Shown here: positions 58,315 to 64,000 of the stretch, one piece after another
Numbering within the stretch: position 1 is the stretch's first letter
Layout of the letters: every line of letters begins with the position of its first letter
NCBI GenBank assembly: GCA_052146595.1
Contig: JBKQMT010000009.1
Coordinates: 9,484-73,483, forward strand
Source of the DNA: Acidimicrobiales bacterium
GTDB lineage: Bacteria > Actinomycetota > Acidimicrobiia > Acidimicrobiales > Bog-793
DNA: 64,000 nucleotides
Direction of reading: 5' to 3'
The notes under the pieces: model-generated
Seen by the model: the letters and a program-made list of their open reading frames with translations, nothing else
Database searches by the model: none
Told to the model about the DNA's origin: nothing
Program-made: the position numbers and the translations under genes

Positions 58315-59021
58315 TCCAGGTGTGATCGGTCGTTGAAACCACGCAACAACCAGCGTGACCCCGCCACGACAATGGTCGAGATCGCACCGTTGTCAGAGCC
58401 GGTGAAGGCAAAGGGCCGCGATCCAGTTGCCATCGCCAGGACGACCCCGATCGTGCCTCCGTGGGCGAAGCAGACGACGCGTTCACCGGGATGGTCTTCG
58501 GCGATACGCCATATCGCCGGCCCCACGCGTGCCGCGACGGAAGCGTTGGACTCGGCACCGGGGATGACGTCCCAGCGCTCCTGCTCGGACATCTCCAGCA
58601 CAAGGGGATCGCCCTCGGCGATCCGTTGACGGTAGATCCCCCTGTCCCACTCGCCGAGGTTGACCTCGGCCAGCGCGGGCTCGACTGTGGGCACGAGCCC
58701 GAGGCGCGCGACGAGCGGCGCAGCAGTTTCGGCGGTCCTGCGCAGGCTTGTGACATAGATGGCGTCAACACGGGTAGGCGCCAGGCGATCGGCTACACGG
58801 ACGGCTTGTTCCCGGCCGAGCGCCGAGAGTGCCGGATCGCCCCTTCCGTCGACAAGGGGGAACGGCCGAGCAGGGTCGGCGGACTCGGACTCGCCGTGGC
58901 GCACGAGCACTATCTCGGTCGACCCGGGCGGCGGCTCGAAGCGGACCTGACGGTAGCGCCTCCCATCCGTGGTCGCCTCTTTCGCGCTTTCTTCTGGGGC
59001 GAAGTCCTGGTCAGAGGCCAT
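58311..59021 (-). CDS. Histidine phosphatase (phosphoglycerate-mutase-like) family protein
   Basis: IVLVRHGESE is the catalytic RHG motif. A distal FAHGG histidine motif is also present. Confidence 0.85.
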   Translation of the reverse strand: MASDQDFAPEESAKEATTDGRRYRQVRFEPPPGSTEIVLVRHGESESADPARPFPLVDGRGDPALSALGREQAVRVADRLAPTRVDAIYVTSLRRTAETAAPLVARLGLVPTVEPALAEVNLGEWDRGIYRQRIAEGDPLVLEMSEQERWDVIPGAESNASVAARVGPAIWRIAEDHPGERVVCFAHGGTIGVVLAMATGSRPFAFTGSDNGAISTIVVAGSRWLLRGFNDRSHLE

Positions 59022-59146
59022 TGAAGGACAAGCCTACGAGCCTCCGACGGGCGGCGGGGCGATGCTCGTTTGGCAAAGGCGGCAGCTTGCGCGCAATACT
59101 GGCACGATCCAATCCCGGCGTCGGGCTGACACGATCGGAGACTTTC

Positions 59147-61357
59147 GTGCGCCACGAGACAAGAACCTGGAAGGTCGAGTGGGTAGCCAGCGGGATGTTG
59201 CTCCTAAGCGCGTTCGCTCTACCGACCGGGATCGAGTCCTCCGGGGGTGCTGTAAGCCTGCACCCGGTGCGGGCCGCCGTTGATGCCGTCGACGTCGCGG
59301 CTCGCCCCGCGGAGTTGGCCGGCAGCCGCTTGAGCGCTACAGGTGGCGTCTCTCTCGTCGCCGAGCACGTGATCGCTCCTGCAGACAGCACCGACCCTCC
59401 GCCGGTCCGGTTCCCGCCCTGGTGGAGCGGTCCCTGTGACGACGACTACTATCCGGGGTCCTTTGCTCTGTCGAGCTGGGACGGCCTCACTGCCTGCGGA
59501 CCAGGGCCGAACCGGGGTGGTTACGACTCGGGCGTCGAGTTCTTCCCAGGCGCCTGGGGAGAGCTCGAGTGGGAGTGCGTCGAGCTGTCCATGCGATGGC
59601 TCTATCTCGAGTACGGCGTGCGGCCTTACGCCGCCAACGGCTCCGAGGTCGTCTGGAACTACTCGCGCGCCGATGGTGGCGACCTTGAGCAGGTGGCCAA
59701 TAACGGCAGGGCCGTGCCACGACCCGGAGACGTGCTGAGCATGGGGTCGATGTGGGGCGAGGGACACACCGCGGTCGTAACGGCCACGAACGTCGTTGCT
59801 GGCGACGGTTTCATCAGCATTCTCGAGCAGAACATGAACGGTGGAGACGGCACGAACACTCTCAGTGTCGCCGGCAACGTCGTGGAGCCGGACTACGGCA
59901 TGCCGGTGACAGGGTGGCTGCAGGCAGTCGCGCCGCCGGCACAAGCCGTTGCGTCTGCCAATCCCGGTACTCCTGCGGCAGATCTCGTCCTCGACGGCGG
60001 GTTCAACCACGGTGGTCCCGGCGCCTGGCGGGAGGCAGCCCACTCGCGCTTGGGGGTCGATCTCGAGGGCGACGTCGACGTCCCTGGTAGGCCAGCCACG
60101 ACACCCTACGAGGGCTATGGGTTCGCGGTCACCCGCACCTCGGCTCCAGGTGGTGGCATCTACCAAGACATTTCATTCCGCGTCCTAAGCGGCGAGAGTT
60201 TCTGTGCAGACGCCGAAGTCGTCACGGTGGGTGCGCATTCGGGGGCGAGGGGCGCCATGACGTTGTGGCTGATGAACGATTCGAGCAGCCAGGAGTCCAA
60301 GGCGAGCTTCGGGCCGCTCCGGGGCAATGACGAGTGGAGCCCACTTTCGACCTGTGTGACAGCCACCAGGCCACACTCGGAGATACGGATCCAGTTCTAC
60401 GACGCCCCGCGCACGCCGCCGCTCGGCATCGACGCCGTCGATGTCCATCAGTCATTCGTAGTTAACGGCGGCTTCGACCAACACAGTGCAGCCGGTTGGC
60501 ACGAAGCGGGGCACTCGTGGCTCGGCATCGAGTCGGCCGGCATGCTGGGTACCATCCCGTACGGAGGAGACGGTTTTGCTGTCACCAACACGTCAGTTCC
60601 CTCCGGCGGTGTCTACCAGGAAGTCTCCTTGCCGATGCGCGCCGGGGACAGCCTCTGCGCGGACGCCGAAGTCGTCACCGCGGGTGCCCACTCCGGGGCG
60701 CGCGGGAGAATGGCCCTCTGGTTGCTGGGCAAGTCCAAGAACCAGCTTTCGTTAGTGGCTTTCGGGCGTCTTGCAGGACATAGCCACTGGGCCGCCGTTT
60801 CCACCTGCGTGACGGCGACCGGTCCTCACTCGGGTTTCAGGATCCAGTTCGACGACGCCCCGAAGGCACCAGCGCTCGCCATCGACGCCGTCGACGTCCA
60901 CCAGTCCTTCGTCGAGAACGGCGGTTTCGACAACGACGGCAGCGCCGGATGGCACAAGGTGGGTCACTCCTGGTTCGGGATCGAGAGGGGCGGCAGCCTG
61001 GCTACGAGCGCGTACGAGGGCGACGACTTCGGCGTCACCTCCACCTCCCAGCTCGGCGGCGGCGTATACCAGGCGGTCATGGTGCCGATCGGCACCGGTG
61101 AGAGCCTTTGCGCGGATGCGGAGGTCGTCACGGCGGGGGCCAATTCCGGGGCCCGGGGCCGGATGGCTCTTACCGTGTTCGGCAAGTCCGCGAGCCAGTC
61201 GTCCTCGGTCGCTTTCGGCCCACTTCCGGCCAAGGGCAGGTGGACTCCTGTTTCGACCTGCGTGACGACGGCACGGCCCCAGTCCGGTTTCAGAGTCCGC
61301 TTCTACGACGTCCCGGACACGCCGACTCTGGGCATTGACGCGGTAGACGTGCGCTAG
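59147..61357 (+). CDS. Secreted CHAP-domain peptidoglycan hydrolase with three tandem ~150-aa CBM4/9-like repeats
   Basis: GTG 59147 (GGAG 8 nt upstream) or ATG 59195. Signal-like WVASGMLLLSAFALP. CHAP Cys/His blocks ELEWECVELSMRWL and GEGHTAVV..ILEQN. Three repeats at 59981-60457, 60458-60910 and 60911-61354, each starting (L/V)xxGGF(N/D)..GW and ending IDAVDV. The track ORF from 58829 overlaps the phosphatase gene on the opposite strand. Confidence 0.8.
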   Translation: MRHETRTWKVEWVASGMLLLSAFALPTGIESSGGAVSLHPVRAAVDAVDVAARPAELAGSRLSATGGVSLVAEHVIAPADSTDPPPVRFPPWWSGPCDDDYYPGSFALSSWDGLTACGPGPNRGGYDSGVEFFPGAWGELEWECVELSMRWLYLEYGVRPYAANGSEVVWNYSRADGGDLEQVANNGRAVPRPGDVLSMGSMWGEGHTAVVTATNVVAGDGFISILEQNMNGGDGTNTLSVAGNVVEPDYGMPVTGWLQAVAPPAQAVASANPGTPAADLVLDGGFNHGGPGAWREAAHSRLGVDLEGDVDVPGRPATTPYEGYGFAVTRTSAPGGGIYQDISFRVLSGESFCADAEVVTVGAHSGARGAMTLWLMNDSSSQESKASFGPLRGNDEWSPLSTCVTATRPHSEIRIQFYDAPRTPPLGIDAVDVHQSFVVNGGFDQHSAAGWHEAGHSWLGIESAGMLGTIPYGGDGFAVTNTSVPSGGVYQEVSLPMRAGDSLCADAEVVTAGAHSGARGRMALWLLGKSKNQLSLVAFGRLAGHSHWAAVSTCVTATGPHSGFRIQFDDAPKAPALAIDAVDVHQSFVENGGFDNDGSAGWHKVGHSWFGIERGGSLATSAYEGDDFGVTSTSQLGGGVYQAVMVPIGTGESLCADAEVVTAGANSGARGRMALTVFGKSASQSSSVAFGPLPAKGRWTPVSTCVTTARPQSGFRVRFYDVPDTPTLGIDAVDVR

Positions 61358-61461
61358 GCGGCCTGGGGAGGCGCTTCAGAGCAGCGGGACGGCGAAGTCG
61401 CAGTCCGGCCCGTTTCCCCGGGGCCATTGGCGGGACGAGGTATGTGATCCGAACACCCTGC

Positions 61462-61559
61462 CTGAGGCGGGAGGCGGTCGCTGAGGCGGGAGGCGGTTGC
61501 TTTGGCGGGAGGCGGTCGCTGAGGCGGGAGGCGGTCGCTGAGGCGGGAGGCGGTTGCTT
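61462..61559. repeat. G-rich 19-bp tandem repeat x5 (57-bp higher-order unit) in a convergent intergenic region
   Basis: CTGAGGCGGGAGGCGGTCG at 61462, 61481 (..GTTG), 61500 (CTTTGG..), 61519 and 61538 (..GTTG). Units 1-3 recur as units 4-5 plus CTTT. The array ends exactly at the tetR stop codon (61560-61562). Confidence 0.9.
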
Positions 61560-62192
61560 TCAAGCCTGGTTGGCGGCAGGAGCCCGGATGCCGTCACAGA
61601 CGATCCCAATCATGTGACGGCAGGCCTCGTCGCTCAAGCCACCCTGCGCGGCCGCCTGGCAGGTACCCATGACGAGCCCGATGAGCTCGTCGACCGACAT
61701 GTCGCGCCTGACGGCACCAGCCGCCTGGGCCCGGGCGAGCAGCAGGCTGATGCTTTCTTTCATCTCGGCGACTTTGTCGGCGCAGCGTGCCTTGAAGTCG
61801 ACGCCGGCCGCACCCAAGGCGTCGAACAGGTCGTGCTTGACCGAGGCTTGGCGGGCGAACTGGTCCAAGTAGGAGAACAATGCCGTCTCGGGAGATTGCG
61901 CCGATGCCTCGGCCCGGGCAAGCGCGAGCAGGTCCTCGAGGCGTGTCAGGACGATGGCCTCGAAAAGGTCTTCCTTGGTGGGGAAGTGGCGGTAGACGGT
62001 CCCCACCCCGACTCCGGCCCGTTCTGCCACCCTGTCGATTGGCACGGACACACCTTCGACGGAAAAGACAGCTTCCGCCGCCTCGAGGACGCGCTGGCGG
62101 TTCACGACCGCGTCAGCGCGCATATGTCGCGTCTCAGCAGACCCCGACGCCTCAGCAGACCCCGACGCCTCAGCAGACCCCGACGTCGTCAT
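61560..62192 (-). CDS. TetR/AcrR-family transcriptional regulator
   Basis: HTH RVLEAAEAVFSVEGVSVPIDRVAERAGVGVGTVYRHFPTKEDLFEAIV. The start is ATG 62192 (MTTSGSAEA..) or ATG 62123. Divergent from the MFS gene. Confidence 0.85.
   Translation of the reverse strand: MTTSGSAEASGSAEASGSAETRHMRADAVVNRQRVLEAAEAVFSVEGVSVPIDRVAERAGVGVGTVYRHFPTKEDLFEAIVLTRLEDLLALARAEASAQSPETALFSYLDQFARQASVKHDLFDALGAAGVDFKARCADKVAEMKESISLLLARAQAAGAVRRDMSVDELIGLVMGTCQAAAQGGLSDEACRHMIGIVCDGIRAPAANQA
62133..62186. repeat. 18-bp in-frame tandem repeat x3 at the tetR 5' end
   Basis: CTCAGCAGACCCCGACGC at 62133, 62151 and 62169 (the last ends in T). On the minus strand it encodes (SGSAEA)x3 if translation starts at 62192. 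Confidence 0.85.
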
Positions 62193-62210
62193 CTTGGGCG
62201 CCCGGCCCCC

Positions 62211-62240
62211 TTGACAAACGGAACGTGCGTTCCGTAAGAT
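62211..62240 (+). promoter_or_regulatory. Promoter-like element with embedded palindromic TetR-type operator
   Basis: TTGACA (62211-62216), an 18-nt spacer, then TAAGAT (62235-62240). The spacer contains the palindrome ACGGAACG-TG-CGTTCCGT (62218-62235). Located between the divergent tetR and MFS genes. Confidence 0.5.
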
Positions 62241-62317
62241 GTTCGTTGAAGCGGAGTCATCGCTCCGAATATAGCGGACCGAGTCTGGCCCGAGCCACCG
62301 GAAGAGGGGGAACCCCG

Positions 62318-63862
62318 ATGACCAACGACCCGAACGCGATCGACAGCGCACCTGGCACAACTGCCTCGAGCGTCGAACCCGACCCGCGCCGGTGGTGGTC
62401 CCTGGCCGTCATTGCCATGGCCCAGCTCATGATCGTGCTCGACGCGTCGGTCGTGATCGTCGCTCTGCCCTCGGCCCAGCGGGCCCTTCACATCTCGATC
62501 GCCGACCGGCAGTGGGTCGTGAGCGCTTACACGCTGGCATTCGGCAGCCTTCTCCTGCTGGGCGGGCGAATTGCCGACTACCTCGGCCGCCGGCGCATGT
62601 TCGTCATCGGACTCATCGGCTTCGGTCTGTCGTCCGCCTTGGGCGGACTGGCCCAGAACGCGGCCATGCTCTTCGGGGCCCGGGCCCTGCAAGGTGCTTT
62701 CGGCGCCATCATGGCGCCGGCCGCGTTGTCGCTGCTCACCACGACGTTCACCGAAGTCCAGGAGCGGGCTCGAGCATTCGGTGTCTACGGGGCCATCGCA
62801 GGCGGTGGCGCGGCCATCGGCCTCGTCCTCGGCGGCACCCTTACCCAGCTGGCGTCGTGGCGCTGGGTGCTGCTCATAAACGTGCCCATAGCGCTGGTAA
62901 CCGCGGTCGCCGCCACGCGCCTGATCCGCGAGAGCCGGGTGACAGTGCGCGCCGGTTACGACATCCCGGGAGCAGCGGCTGTGACGGGCGGGCTGTTCTT
63001 CCTCGTCTACGGTTTCACCATCGCTGGTACGGACGGTTGGGGGGCGCCCCTCACCCTCGGCTTGCTGGCGGGAGCGGTGGCCGCACTCTCCGCCTTCGTG
63101 GCCATCGAGTGGCGCTCGTCCCACCCGCTGCTGCCCATGCGCGTGGTGCTCGACCGCAACCGGGGCGGGTCGTTCCTGGCCTCGTTGCTGGTGGGCAGCG
63201 CTCTTTTGGGAACGTTCCTGTTCCTCACGTACTTCCTCCAGGAGACGTTGCGATACTCGGCTCTCAAGACTGGTTTCGCTTTCCTGCCCTTCTCCGGGGG
63301 GATCGTTCTCGGTGCCGGCCTGGCGACCCGCTTCCTTCCCCGCGTCGGCCCTCGGGTCCTGATGGTGGTCGGTCTGTTGCTAGCTGCCTGCGGTTTGCTC
63401 TGGTTCAGCGGCTTGAGCGTGGGCAGCAGCTACTTGACCCATGTCCTGGCCCCCGAGGTAATTGTCAGCCTGGGCATGGGACTGGCCTTCGTCCCGATGT
63501 CCTCGACCGCTCTGATCGGGGTCGACACCGGCCACGCCGGCGTTGCCAGCGCCCTCGTCAACGCCACCCAGCAGGTCGGAGGCTCGCTCGGCACCGCTCT
63601 TTTGAATACGGTGGCTGCTTCAGCGGCGGCCAGCTATCTGGCAGCTCACGTCCACGCGAACCTGGCTCTGCAGAAGGCCGCTGTTCACGGCTACACGACG
63701 GCCTTCACACTCAGTGCCGCCTTGCTCGCGGCGGCCGCCGTGGTGTCGGGGGTGCTGATCAAGGCTTCGCGCCACCACGTGCAGCCTGAGGCGGCACCGG
63801 GAGATGCGGCGCTCTACCGCTCGGAGCTGGTGCCAGCCGTTGAGCCCGTCGCGACCGCTTGA
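62318..63862 (+). CDS. MFS drug:H+ antiporter, DHA2 (EmrB/QacA, 14-TMS) type
   Basis: ATG 62318 follows GAAGAGGGGG. LMIVLDASVVIVALPS, GRIADYLGRRRMF (motif A-like), and a length and hydrophobicity pattern consistent with 14 TMS. Confidence 0.85.
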   Translation: MTNDPNAIDSAPGTTASSVEPDPRRWWSLAVIAMAQLMIVLDASVVIVALPSAQRALHISIADRQWVVSAYTLAFGSLLLLGGRIADYLGRRRMFVIGLIGFGLSSALGGLAQNAAMLFGARALQGAFGAIMAPAALSLLTTTFTEVQERARAFGVYGAIAGGGAAIGLVLGGTLTQLASWRWVLLINVPIALVTAVAATRLIRESRVTVRAGYDIPGAAAVTGGLFFLVYGFTIAGTDGWGAPLTLGLLAGAVAALSAFVAIEWRSSHPLLPMRVVLDRNRGGSFLASLLVGSALLGTFLFLTYFLQETLRYSALKTGFAFLPFSGGIVLGAGLATRFLPRVGPRVLMVVGLLLAACGLLWFSGLSVGSSYLTHVLAPEVIVSLGMGLAFVPMSSTALIGVDTGHAGVASALVNATQQVGGSLGTALLNTVAASAAASYLAAHVHANLALQKAAVHGYTTAFTLSAALLAAAAVVSGVLIKASRHHVQPEAAPGDAALYRSELVPAVEPVATA

Positions 63863-64000
63863 GCAAGGGCGGTCGGATCGGCACACCCGACCCAGATCGC
63901 CCTAGAGGCTATGAGGAAAGAACGGTTGACGAGAAGGTTGCGTCATTCGGCTCTCAGTAGCAGCGATGTAGGCGTGCGGGCCGCGATGCGTCCGGGCACA

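Noticed and set aside
61462-61559. Possible CRISPR array
   Set aside because: The units are contiguous 19-mers with no unique spacers, and there are no cas genes. It is a simple tandem repeat.

Overview
This is a high-GC, actinobacterial-type chromosome segment centred on the replication origin.

**Origin neighbourhood (25.6-57.5 kb).** The gene order matches the well-studied Mycobacterium tuberculosis origin region. It runs tRNA-Ile, gyrA, gyrB, DUF721/DciA, recF, dnaN, an oriC-like spacer and dnaA. Divergent from dnaA come rpmH, rnpA, yidD, yidC, jag, rsmG, an extra MTHFR-like gene, parS, parA and parB. These are followed by a CwlM-like amidase, trxA, trxB, DegV, murJ, a large exported protein, an HDAC-family deacetylase, cca, a DUF5318-like gene, panB, rpsF-ssb-rpsR-rplI and dnaB.

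**Sugar cluster (1-23 kb).** A mixed pentose/hexose utilisation cluster holds galK, a CUT2-type ABC transporter, araA, galM, an aldo-keto reductase, xylA, xylB and a ROK regulator. Its araB operon also carries an AraM-like dehydrogenase and two URO-D-family paralogs.

**Islet (about 23.2-25.7 kb).** A visibly lower-GC stretch abuts the 3' end of tRNA-Ile. It holds a GNAT gene, a transposase remnant and an orphan BMP-family binding protein.

**Far right.** A DEDD exonuclease/histidine phosphatase pair, a CHAP hydrolase with three tandem ~150-aa repeats, and a TetR/MFS divergent pair.

I saw no CRISPR array, rRNA, intact mobile element, prophage or recognisable defence system. Many of the longest track ORFs are antisense shadows typical of high-GC DNA.

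**Most noteworthy observations:**
- The araB operon has AraM-like and URO-D-like genes but no araD.
- CCTAGG-centred palindromes appear only in the sugar cluster's non-coding regions.
- An AT-rich cluster of DnaA-box-like repeats sits between the convergent 3' ends of parB and the amidase gene.
- Short tandem duplications with a 19-bp period recur at gene termini.
- Ribosomal protein S18 carries a long acidic tail.

All calls rest on reading the translations and the DNA. No database search was run, and start codons are often uncertain.
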